From the NCBI RefSeq assembly GCF_035594765.1, contig NC_085845.1, positions 25,538,024 to 25,602,023 of the forward strand: DNA of 64,000 nucleotides. Reading direction: 5' to 3'. The translations under genes and the position numbers were made by a program. Numbering within the stretch: the first letter of the stretch is position 1; the number at the start of each line of letters is the position of its first letter. The notes under the pieces are model-generated. The model did no database searches. It saw only the letters and a list, made by a program, of their open reading frames with translations, and was not told where the DNA came from. Source of the stretch: Anolis carolinensis. Its lineage: Eukaryota. This document shows positions 12,801 through 24,845 of this stretch, in pieces.

Positions 12801-15489
12801 GAAGCTTGAGCATCCTTCATATTGTTAGCCTTTTAATTCAGTCTACATAATGTATATTCAGAGGCTGCAGCAATATTGATTACATGGAGCTTACATTACA
12901 TTTTTACAAGTTAGCACTTTGAAAATTTGCTGACTATGAGTTACTGTGAGTTTTTTGTTGTTATTATTGCCACCATAATTGGCAACTGTCTGTGTTCCAC
13001 AGAAGTGCCCTCAATGACACTTTTTCCACAAACTCATCTCTAAGAGCTGAAAATATTGGTTTTTACAACATATACATTAATACCTCTTCAGCAGAGTTTC
13101 ATTTTCTATTTGATTAAACTTTGTATGTGATTAAACATTCTATGAGAGTAACATTTCTGGAATGATGTGGACGGATGGCTTAGTGACTTATATTCGTCCA
13201 CAGATAGGGTAAGTGTAAGGATGAATTTGTGCAGCTGCTCAATACTAATTTGGTAACAATTCTCATGTTTACACTCTTTCCCGATTTTATTTTCAGAACA
13301 GCCTCTTAAGGTAAGATAGACAGAGAGAAGGTACCTTGCGCTAGGCCATTAATTGAATTAACCCACCCCAACAAAGATTCAAACATAAACCTTCCAAATC
13401 AAATGTCTAACGCTCTTTCCCTAAATTTTTCAAAACATGACCCTTTCTGATGTGTTGGACTGCAAATCCCACCATCCTAAACTGAGGGAGCAGAGTCCAA
13501 GATTTTGGAAAAGTACCCAGTTGGAGAAGCCTGCTCCACATTACAATAACCCTGATTGGCTATGATTATTATTACAAGGCAGCCACAATGCAAAACTGAA
13601 AGGATGGGGCAAAAAGAATACAGAGTACTGTATAATTTTAGTATTTGGGTGCCTTCAAGTTAATTCTGACGTATGCTAACCCAATCATAAGGTTTTCTTC
13701 ATAAGAATTGTTCAGAGATAGTTTGCCATTGCCAGTGTAACATGGAAACCCAAGATCACTTGAATTTCCATGGCTGAGAAGGGATGAAAACTAGTATACC
13801 AGAGTCCTAGTCCAGCACTCAAATCACTGCTCTATGGAGACTCTATGTGCACTTTTAGCAGCTGGACATTACCTGTGTCTTGTTCCTGATCTATTTGCTG
13901 CAACAGCTCAACAGGTTGCCTAGCTAATTGGCAGTCTGCTTCCTGTTTTTAAATTTGTGATCAATTGACTTTCACACTTGTCTGGTTAATTAGTTGGATT
14001 TAACATCAACCTCTTTCTTTCCTGAAGTTCATTTTGGCATGTTTCTCTGTCCTTTCCTATGTCACCAAGGTGTTGAGCTATTGAGAAGGGTATCCTTTGT
14101 GAATCAAATAATAGTTATTTCAAGCATTGTGTAACTTTTGAGTCACAAAACACTGTTCTGTACTCAAAGCCTTCAAATTTGTACTCACTTATCTGGGTTT
14201 AACTTTTGACTTGCCATGAAAACCCCATGGTGATCTTGAGACAGTCACTATATTTCAGTCTAGCCTACTTTACAGGGTTGTTGGGATAATACATGTTGGG
14301 AGAACCACATATAATTATTAATTTCTTCAATAACAAAAGTGACTTGCAATCAAAGGGCATAAGCTAGCTAAAATTTCTGTTTGTACCCATATATATGTCA
14401 AGGCATTTTAGTGAAGAAATGTACACCTCCCATTTTCTTGGGTCATCTCAATCATTGAGCAGGGAGACAGTAAGACAGTGAGACAACTGCATTGGCTGCC
14501 CTCTCCATGGTGTTGAATTCAATCTGCAAAATAGGTTCAGTGCCTTGGATAGCTCTTTTCACATTCAGACTAAACCCTGGAGGAAATTCATCACTCCACT
14601 CACATGGGAGCCAGCAGCTGCCACGAGTGCCCCGTGTCATGTCTGCTGCCCTCAAGTTCATTACAAAATGCTGTCCAACTGCCAATATTGGAATATAATT
14701 AAATTGCCAACCCAGTTAGCTTCTGGAAATGGGAGAAGGCAGCATCTTTTCCTTCACATCATGCAAGAGAAAAAAACACGTGGCTGTCCCTGAGATATCT
14801 ATAATGACATCTCAGTGATCATGAGTCTTGTCTATTACTTCTGGGTAATTTTAAATTGCAGTGACATTTTCTATTTCCTGAATACTAGCTATCCAAAAAT
14901 GCCAGGTACTCATACTCTCATATTATGCAGCCATTGTCATCCCATGGCAATATAATTACATAAAGAATTTGAAGGATACCTTTCCTACGCAACTAATTCT
15001 CTGGGTCTCAGCTCATGATTTCCCTCCGTCTAATATATTTCCATTTTTCCTATGCAACTGATCTCCAGTTGGAGAAGGAAAGAGCCTCCATTTGCAAAAT
15101 CTGATTTGCAATATCCTTTGGAAATACTTTATACTGACATGTGTATATAGGACAGAGATTTTGTCAGGTTGTCAGAATCATGAACATTTTTTAAAGGTAT
15201 GGTATGTGGCAATAGGTCATTTTTTAGGCACTAAAATATAGTCTGCAACATGGATTTAATATGAGTTGACAATGGGCAGAAGTCATTTGTCATCTATTGT
15301 TCTGATCACTTTCTCATTTCCGCCTGTAGAATTTTTAAAAATAGGCAAACAGAAAAGCTTGAAATATTCTGATGGAACAAAACTATCCCAACTAACCTGG
15401 AGACTTAATAAAGTTGCTCTCCTATAAAAATTGTAATAATTAGTATTATACCGCATCTTTCTCCAAATTATTGATTTTATGATCAGAAG

Positions 15490-15660
15490 AGCTAGTGGGT
15501 TTAATGTTGGAAAACAGAGTTCGAAGTCCCACTCTGCCATGGAAACCCACTGGGTGCCTTTGGGCAATTTGTGCTTCTCAGCCTCAGGGAATGTCAATAG
15601 CTACCCACTCCGAAAAAATCCTGCCCAAAAAATCCCAAGATAAGCTTTCTGTGAGTTGCC
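15490..15660 (+). mobile_element. CORE-type SINE remnant
   Basis: B-box gagttcgaagtccc followed by ccatggaaacccactgggtgcctttgggcaa...ctcagcctcag. Confidence 0.55.
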
Positions 15661-16107
15661 ATGGTTGTGGCACAGAAGGGATTTTAGTAATAGGCATTAC
15701 AATGTTTGTTATTTGTTACTGAAAAATTAAGCACTGTGCAAAAGTTGAATAGAGCAAAGCTTGAGAACTTTAATTGACTGCAGCCTCCCAATTCTGCCAA
15801 AGTTCTTGGTGAATAGCCAGGCTATCTGGAAAATTCTGGAAACTATTGTCCAAGAAAGCAGGGTTTCCAGTCTCTGAAAAGAAGAACTGTTGCTCAAACA
15901 CACAAGGTCTTATAACATCCAGATCTCAATAACAGCATTCAGTCAATTTCACTGTACCCTAATTCTCATATTTGCCTCATATCTTTAACCGAACCGACTC
16001 TCTTGTTAAACTTTATCATGTCCATGGCTGTAGAGCAGATTAATCTAAAGACTGAGGAAGAAAGACTCCAACCTTTTATTTATACTGTCAGATGAGGTGA
16101 ATGATTA

Positions 16108-16404
16108 CACTGGCCAACATATATTTTGGTGCCTCAAATGTTAGTCCTATTTTTGGGTATATTCAACCTGCTGATTCCAGAAATGGCACCAATTTTCCCT
16201 TATTGGCTCTAGATTTTGAGATACAGAACATATGTCACATACCAGTCACCATCTACTCACCCATAGAAAATAATAATAAGCATATCTAAGAAACTAGAGC
16301 TGATGTAGTCTAACTTGTACAATTTTCTGAATCAGCACTGCAGATAACTCCAGGAATAGTCTCAGAAAACAAGACATCCAAAAAATTATTTTTGTTGGGC
16401 TGTG
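16108..16404. mobile_element. Chapaev3-like (CMC) non-autonomous DNA transposon
   Basis: CAC...GTG termini (cactggccaaca/tgttgggctgtg), 3-bp TSD TTA. Confidence 0.7.
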
Positions 16405-17585
16405 TTATTTATCACTCTGATGTGAGAACCTTTGCAGTTTAGAACTCATTCAGCACAAAATTTGCATATAGATTATTTTACATAAACAAATACAGCATTT
16501 TCTGTGCGATTCCCTGCACAGAAAATGCTGTTTCCTATTCAAGAAATTCAGTTTCCTGTGCAAAAAAAATAAAAAATCAAATTAATATGTGAATTCTGTG
16601 CAGGCTATGTTTAAAAATGAGAATAGTCTTCAAAAACTGCAGTTTTCAAAGATCAGCAGGAAGAAAGCTGGTAAAGTAATTATTTCATTTGAAAAAGACA
16701 TTTTTGAAGAATTACATCCCTCATAAATAGCTATTCTAACTCACCACCACCTACCTTGGGCAAGCCAAAATGAAGAGTTTAGTGAGGATTTGTTTGTAAA
16801 CAATTATTTAAAATAATTTTCCCATATTTCTCTTTTTAATTATATCACTAAATAACATTTTAAATTATTTGGAAAACAACAGAAAGACAGGACATAAATT
16901 GTCTTAAATCAATACCAAGACCTTAGCTGATCCCCAGTTGACTGTTATCTGTCACATCATTTGTTCAGCAGCTCTGATGTCAGAGAATATTGATGTAATA
17001 CCGATCTCTTTCTTAATTGTCACCAACAACTGTGAGTCCCAATCTGGGAAATACGTAGGATAGAAATAAATAGGAGGTTGCAGAGGAGGAAGAGGAGGAG
17101 GGATGTAGTGTCATAAGCCAAGAAACAGCTCTGCATTGCACCTCTGTCATGAAACCCATTGTGTGGCTTTAGCAAACCAAGTTATCTCAGCTTCAGCTTT
17201 TACGTCAATGAAATGAATATCAATACACATAGCACAGTTATTTTGAATGCATGAAGTGCCTGAATATTTTAAAGTATTATATTGTGATATTATAGTATGT
17301 TCTCAAACCATCCAAAGTGAAAGGCTATAAAACAGAGAGAGTGCTGTGAAGAAGAAGAAGAATCAGATTTAGTGGCAAAATAACTTATAGGGTGTAGGCT
17401 ACATTCTATTAGGAGAAAGGAGCACAGGGACAAGCTCAGGATAGGTTTTATCCTAATAGTTGTAGTTTGGTGATGTACCAGCACCCCTTGGCAAAGAAGA
17501 TAAAGATTACGTAAAACTACAATTTCCATGATTCCATAGCATTGGTTAAAGTGGTTTGAAACTGCATTAATTCTATTGTGTAGAT

Positions 17586-17720
17586 CAGGCATGGGCAAAC
17601 TTTGGCCCTCTAGGTGTTTTGGACTTCAGCTCCCAGAAATCCCAGCCAGCTAGCAGGCTGTTAGGAATTGTGGAAGTTGAAGTCCAAAACACCTGGAAGG
17701 TCGAAGTTTGCCCATGCCTG
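17586..17720. mobile_element. Palindromic hAT MITE nested in a Harbinger-like MITE remnant (about 17445-17733)
   Basis: TIR caggcatgggcaaactt, perfect 8-bp TSD gtgtagat. Confidence 0.9.
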
Positions 17721-18857
17721 GTGTAGATGGACCCTAATTCTTCCCCCTTCCAACAAGCTAGATTTATTGGTTATGATTGGACCGTCAATCAGCAAAAAAA
17801 TTAAAATAAAATAAAATAAAAACCAGAAGTGCTGGGGAAAGGCAGAGAATGCTGCTTTTTGATTTTTGGGTAGCAACAATGGGATCCTGTTGCTTGTTCA
17901 CAAATGGAACAACTTCATTTTGTGGTCTATTCTGCCCAAGCGAAAAAGGAAACCTTTATTTTGCAGAAGTCTTCATCCCGAATCTTTGTTAGCTGTTTCA
18001 ATCAGGGCAGGACTTTGGGGCAAAAGTCCAGGGCTTCACTCAAGAGAATGAACAGGGCTGGTTCACCCCATTGTGAAATAACTGAAGTAATTGATGTTGC
18101 CATCTAAAGAGCCTTTCACACTAATACCATTAAGTCCACAGTTTAAAATTACCCAACTGAACTCCTGCCAGGTTCCTTTCAGCAGGAGAAATAGACAAAT
18201 TCAATGCCCAAACCTGCTACCAGTTGGGGGGAAAGGGAACAGTTACATTACTCACCATTTCCCTTGAATCTTCTGAATCTTTGTACTGATTAGGCTAATG
18301 TGCTCAAGAATATTGCAACTAATGTTAATAAAACGAGGGGGAAATGCTTCAAAATGATGCATGAGTCAGATTTAATATGCTACACTTTACTTGGATACCA
18401 TCGGGATTTAGAACTGCCAGGTTTGCCTTTAATTTTCTTTCCCACATCCTCAAAAGGTTTTTTGATTTTCAGCAAACTTGGCAGAGTGCACTTATCTTCA
18501 GGCACTGAACAATGCACAAGGAGCAAGCAACAGAGTACGTTTCATTGTTCTTGATCTCCCACTAACAAAAACTCAATATGCCAAAATCCTGCATGCAGGG
18601 ATGGGTTTGACTGAAGTAAATTTAAATAGGGGCAGGGGTGTTGCTCTCAAAACTGCAGATGAAATATTTAGTTTGTGCTATTTATATTAGGCAAGCAGTG
18701 GCTAAATCATATCTGTAATATCTCGATATATAAAGAGAAAGACCTTTTGTGTTGCAACAATATTTTGGGTTTGCATAGTCTCTGACAGATCAGAGGGAGC
18801 CCTTATCTTCTTGCTATTGTTATGTGTCTTCAAGTCTATTGAGTTATGGTCATCATG

Positions 18858-19466
18858 TATCATGTTCCGCAGTTGATGGTGGTTGGGATGTCAGGCCTAG
18901 CAGTTGGTGATGGAAGGGGTTAACGTAAGTCTTAGTTCCACAGGGCTGAGTAATCTGTAAGTAGGAGTTACAGGTGAAAGCAAGTAAGGGTGGAGACATG
19001 CAAGAGATGGGTTGCAGCTGGGTTGTACTGGATATAAGGAGCAAGCCTAGAGAAAAGAAATACTTTGGGAGAAAAGTATTTGTTCTCCTTTGGCTGTGGA
19101 TGCTGCTGGGTTTTCCCCAAGGTTTGTGATTTTTGGTATCCTGACCTGTCTCCTTAATTCTTGAATCCTGGAACCTCTGGACTGGCCATTGACTACGATA
19201 TAGACTCTTGATCCTTGGACTTTAATCATTGAGCTCTCTGTGTTTGACCATTGGACTGGACCTTTTTTTTACTACCGTGTCTTCTTGGATCTGCATCAGC
19301 ATTTGATATCAGTTTTGTTTTGATACTGTGACTGAATACTATCTTTATGTTTTACATTGGGACTGAAAACAGCCAGACAGTAAGTGCTGCTTTAATGAAA
19401 CAGTTTAACACAAGCTGGGTATTAGTTTTGTTTCATTTCTGCCAGCGTACTGGCAGAGCCCTGGCA
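18858..19466 (+). mobile_element. Degraded solo LTR
   Basis: Degenerate TGTCA...TGACA termini (tatca/tggca), 5-bp TSD tcatg/ttatg, internal TATA-like gatataagg. Confidence 0.5.
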
Positions 19467-19490
19467 TTATGAAAATGGTGAGCCTCTCAT

Positions 19491-20550
19491 GGAGTATAGC
19501 AATTAGATCAGTTAAAAAATTGTTGTTGTTGTTTATTTGTTCAGTTGCTTCTGACTCTTTGTGACTTCATGGGTCAGCCCATGCCAGCACTCCCTGTTGG
19601 CTGTCACCGCCCCCAGCTCCTTCAAGGTCAAGCCAGTCATTTCAAGGATACCATCCATCCATCTTGCCCTTGGTTGGCCCCTCTTCCTTTTTCCTTCCAT
19701 TTCCCCAGCATCATTATCTTCTCCAAGCTTTCCTGTCTTCTCATTATGTGGCCAATGTACTTTGTCTTCGCCTCTAATATCCTTCCCTCCAGTGAGCAGT
19801 TGGGCATTATTTCCTGGAGTATGGACTGGTTTGATCATCTTACTTTTCAAGGCATTACAAAAGCATCTATCTTCCCTCGCTCAACCTTCCTTATGGTCCA
19901 GCTCTCACATCCATAGGCTACTACAGGGAATACCATTGCTTTAACATTGCCAGTGTGATGTCTCTACTCTTCACTATTTTATTGAGATTAGTCATTGCTC
20001 TCCTCCCAAGAAGTAAACGGGTTAAATAAGAGTTCCACTATATTCTGCTTTTGTGAGATATCACCTGGAACACTGTGTCCAGTTTTTGGTACCACAATTT
20101 CAGAAGGATATTGACAAGCTGGAACAAGTCCAGAGTAGGGCAATTTAAAAGTAAATGGAAATCTTGCTGTATAATGTTTAGGAAGCCGGGTATGTTTAGC
20201 CTGGAGAAGACATGGTTAAAAAGTGACATGAGAGTTTAAATATCTGAAAGCATATCATATTAAAAATGGAGAATGTTGTATATTCCTGCTCCAGATATTA
20301 TGACAGGGAGCAGTGGATTCAAACAACAAGAAAAGGGATTTGACCTAAACATTAGGAAGAACTTGGTGGTGGTAAGATCTGATTGACACTGGAAAATCCT
20401 GCTTTAGAGTGTGGTAGAGTTTTATTTTTGGAGGTTTTAAAACAGAGGATGGATGAGCATCTCTTAGAACTTTTTGGTGTATTTTTGCAAAGGGTTGGAC
20501 CAAATAGTCCTTGGGGTCTCTCCCAATGCTACAATTTTATGATTCTATGA
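19491..20550 (+). mobile_element. CR1 LINE 3' portion, interrupted by RTE
   Basis: ccactatattctgc...cacctggaacactgtgtccag...gacaagctggaa ORF2 end and the CR1 tail attttatgattctatga. Confidence 0.85.
19517..20020 (-). mobile_element. RTE/BovB-like LINE, 5'-truncated
   Basis: ORF 19533..19850 (EGKRKRGQPRARWMDGILEMTGLTLKEL...HEVTKSQKQLNK*), (CAA)n tail, TSD gttaaa. Confidence 0.9.
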
Positions 20551-21549
20551 CAGCCTTAGCATTAATAATAATTATTATTTTATTTTTATACCCCGCCCCA
20601 TCTCCCCAAAGGGACTAGGGGCAGCTTACATGGGACCAAGCCCAGGCAAAACAGACAATGTAAAAACTCAACAACTCTAAGTTGAGATTTTCTTCTAAGG
20701 GGTTGGAAATGATTGGCATGATGGTTTGGGCTTTGGAATTTTACTCAAAAGTGTTTAACTTAAATTGCACAATGTAGGGGTGGAGAAATACTATTACAAT
20801 AACAGGACTTTGAGGACTCAAATGAAGAAAGTTAAACAGAGAGTGGGAGTAAAGGGGGGGCAGCATATACTCACTGGGACTATTCTCTGTACATTGGGGT
20901 AGGACTCAGTATTTTGATATGGGTAGGTGGACAGTAGTTAATTGTTTGTTTGTTCCTTTCTGTTCCGGTGTATTTTGGGAGGCAATTTCTGCTGTTGAGT
21001 GCAAAAGGGAAACTTTAGTTTAGATCATAAGCACATACGGTGAATCATAAGCACAAATGTAAAAAAGAAAGATTTGTGCTTTATAGCTATAGTAATGAAG
21101 CTATAAATTAATAAAATAATGCTGACCTGGTATAATGTAATGCTATTTAATTGCATCCTTTTTAATATACCCAATATGGTTTCACAAATTAACTTCGGCA
21201 ATTCAGTGGAAGCAGAGTGGATTTCACCAAATGGACCAATTCCTGCAGGCATCATTTAGAAGTGAACTTGCCCCATTCATGCCTCCCCAGTTGATTTGGA
21301 GAGTCAGTTTGAAGACTAGCAAGCATTCCTTTTCAAATTAGTCTCAATTTGAAAAGAAAAAAATCTTTATAATATTGCCACATATTACTGACGCTTCCTC
21401 AAGATGTGGCAGCTGATTTTTCAGATCTTGGCAATGTTGATCTTTATGACAACTACCAGAATCCACTGGCCATGTTGGCCGGTGAATTCTGGGAACTGTA
21501 GCCCAATTAGAAATATTTCTAAGTTTGGTGTTCATTGTTCAAACACAAG

Positions 21550-21916
21550 TTTTTCATGTCAGGAGTGACTTGAAAAACTGCAAGTTGCTTCTGGTGTGAG
21601 AGAATTGGCTGTCTGCAAGGGCATTGCCCAGGGGACGCTTGGATGTTTGATGTTTTACCATCCTTCTCTCATGTCCCCACATGAGAAGCTGGAGCTGACA
21701 GGGGGAGCTTGCCCTACTCTCCCTGGATTTGAACCACCAACATGTCGGTCAGCAGTCCTGTTTATTTATTTATTATTTATTTCAATTATTTATACCCCGC
21801 CCTTCTCACCCGAGGGGACTCAGGGCGGCTTACAAGTGGCAATTGATGCCGTTACACTGATATAAAATAAACTAAAATGACACAAGGTTTAACCCATTGC
21901 GCCACTGGGAGGCTCC
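21550..21916 (-). mobile_element. tRNA-derived SINE with Vingi-like 3' end, carrying an L2-tail insertion (21761-21880)
   Basis: tRNA-like head with A/B boxes at the right end; 3' end ...cctgacatgaaaa; TSD gttca[a/c]acaca. Confidence 0.8.
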
Positions 21917-23049
21917 GTTCACACACAGTAAGAACATTTATGTCTTTTGGCTTTATGGGCATCTTCCCCTATTGGCTTTTTTTAACTTTTAAGCATAATT
22001 ATTAAAAATAGAATGAAAGAGATAGCAAGATCTTTTTAACAGGGGAAAATGTATTTTTCCTTTCCACAACAACCATGTAAACCTCCTACCATATTACATG
22101 ACAGCAGTGCAATTTCATAATTTGGGTGGGAGAGAAATGACTTCAGGGCTTTTTTAAAAGGAATTTTCACAGAGGAGGAATGAATTCCAAGCGTACTTTA
22201 AAATCATGTGAAACGGCATTCATAACCTTCATCTTTAATAACGAAAACACACATTTGTTTAAAATAAATAGCATGAATCTTTTCTCCCAACAAGCCTAGA
22301 GGCTAATCTGGATGAACCTTTACATTATCACTTCATCTAATGAACCCCTTCCCTGCAGAGCATTTCACCACATCTGGAAGGCAGCTCACTGACTTTTAAT
22401 GTCAAATCTTTCACTGCTTTCACTTTCCTCCCCTTCACCTGTTTTGAAACATCCTGCCAATCTGCATCAACAATTTCAAACTGGATAGACCAACACAGGG
22501 AGACTAGTGGTCAGTATAAGGCAGTTTCATGAAATCGGGCAACATTTGTGCTGGTCTTCTTCAATTACAAACTTGACATTTGCAGACAGGGTCACTGTTG
22601 CATCAGCAGGTAATGAAGACTGCTAAGCAACTGTACTTGCCAATTTAAGGCATTTTGCAGCAGTTTGTTGACATTCTTATTGTTCCCATATAGCAAGTCC
22701 TTTGGCATTTGGCATTATGCACCCCATTAAACATCAGTATCAGCAGCAGACTAGAATTCCTGGCTTGCACCTTGCCTGCCCTTGCTTTGGTACCATATGT
22801 AGCAATGTCCTGTGCATGATGTGATTTTTAATTAACTCTTATATTGGTCAAGCACCACAACCCCCCATCACACAGGGACAGCACCTGGATATGCTCCGCA
22901 GTAAAAGGTTGTAAGAAATTTATGGCAACTTACAGTCCCTGTTTCTTCTCTTAATACTGGGGAGGGGGTTAAGGAATACATGGCCCTTAAATGTTGATAA
23001 AGTGGTTCATCAGTTGGGGAAACCTAATGAGGGTTTTGATTCTAACTTA

Positions 23050-24340
23050 TTAACTGCTGTCAAGTTGACTTCAATTTATGGCAACCCTATGAATGAAAGG
23101 CCTCCAAGGCACCTTGTCATCAGAAGCCCTGCCCAGGTCTTGTAAACTCAGGGCTGTTTATTTATCGTGTCATAAGCGAACTGAGGGTACTGTTGTAATG
23201 TATTTAAAAACCATAAAGTTAAAAAATTGGCATTATATTAAATGTCCTTTGACCAGTAGCTGGCCACTAGGAGTGCCTCTGGTGTTGCTATAAGAAGGTC
23301 CTCCGTTGTGCATGTGGCAGGGCTCAGACTACATTGTAATAGGTGGTCTGCTCTTCTCCACACTTGCATGTCGTGGACTCCACTTTGTGGACCCATTTCT
23401 GAAGATTGGCTCTGCATCTCATGGTGCCAGAGTGCAGTCTGTTCATCACCTTCCAAGTCGCCCAGCCTTCTGTGTGCCCAGGAGGAAGTCTCTAATTTGG
23501 TATCAGCCATGGTTTAAGGTTCTGGGTTTTAGCTTGCCACTTTTGGACTCTCGCTTACTGAGGTGTTCTTGTGGGTATATCTGTAGATCTTAGAAAACTA
23601 ACTCTTGATTTAAGGCATTGGCATTCTGGCTGATATCCGAACAGGGGATGGTCAGAGATGTCACTGGCTTGGTCTTTTCATTACTGGCTGCTACTTCCCG
23701 GTGGATGTCAGGTGGTGCAATACCGGCTAAACAGTATAATTTCTCCAGTGGTGTGGGGCATAGACATCCGTGATAATGCAGCATGTCTCATTAAGAGCCA
23801 CATCCACTGTTTTAACCTAGTGAGATGTAGTCCACACTGGGCATACGTATTCAACAGCAGAGTAGCAAAGCCAAGAGCAGATGTCTTTACTGTGTCTGGT
23901 TGTGATCCCCAGGTTGTGCCAGACAGCTTTCACATGATATTGTTTCTAGAGCTCAGTTTTTGCTTGATAGTCAAGCAGTGCTTCTTGTAAGTCCGAACAT
24001 GGCCCAGGGTAACTCCCAAGTATTTTGGTGTGCTGCAATGCTCCAGTGGGATTGCACACGACTGTGTTTCAGATGGATTAGGAATCAGCTGGTTTTCTCT
24101 GTAATCGGCAGTAAGAGCACTTAAAGCTTCAGAGAGGGCTGCACTTCCTTAATTGCACTGTGGTCTTCCCTATTTTCTACTGCTTCCGCATTGCCAACAT
24201 AATTGTCTTTTTTAGTGAATTATGTCTTCTCGTGATATGTCCAAAATATGACAGTCTCAGTTAAGTCATCCTGGCTTCTAGGGAAAGTTGTGCTCTCAAT
24301 TGCTTCATTTACCTGTCTTTTTGGCAGTCCAGGGTATTTA
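23050..24340 (-). mobile_element. Old RTE-clade LINE 3' fragment, split by Vingi
   Basis: Same family as 5265-5625; the sequence resumes after the Vingi insertion. Confidence 0.65.
23157..24134 (-). mobile_element. Vingi LINE, 5'-truncated and degenerate
   Basis: Frameshifted ORF pieces PTPLEKLYCLAGIAPPDIHREVAA and HLLQCSLSPATCTTEDLLIATPEALLVASYWSKDI*; tail gacacgataaataaa; TSD agggctg. Confidence 0.88.
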
Positions 24341-24729
24341 CACTGACCTTGGGCCTATCAGTCTTTCTTTAACAAATAAAAGTGTTGTTGCTTTACAAAA
24401 CATGGACAAGAGAAGTCATGCACACTGTTCTCAAGATGCTACAAATCACTGTTGTTTTGCTATAATAGATTAACATTGCATTTCCTCTGAAAATTGGAGA
24501 AATGTGATGAATCATAAACGTTAGGTACTGCACTGAGTTTCTTAAGCAGTGGTGAAAATTTTCCCTTACAACCTAAACCCTCTGTATATAGAATATAGAG
24601 AGACGCTTCAGAGATGGAGCAAAGGTACTATCAACTATGGTAAAAAGACTGTCAACTATGGGCCATATTTAAGATTACAGTAGTCCTCTACACAAGATCA
24701 CCAAACATGCAGATGAGGAATTGTAATGT

Positions 24730-24845
24730 AGAGTGTTCCCTCACTTATTGCGGGGGTTACGTTCCAGGACCACCCGCAATAAGTGAAAATCCGTGAAATA
24801 GGGGCACTATATTTATTTTAATATTTGCATATTATATTAGTAGTT
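24730..24845 (+). mobile_element. Tigger-like DNA transposon end
   Basis: gagtgttccctcacttattgcgggggttacgttccaggaccacccgcaataagtgaaaatcc. Confidence 0.55.

Noticed and set aside
16492-16531. 16-bp inverted repeat acagcattttctgtgc/gcacagaaaatgctgt as a terminator or miRNA
   Set aside because: Too short for a pre-miRNA and embedded in an old repeat-like tract with further ctgtgca copies.
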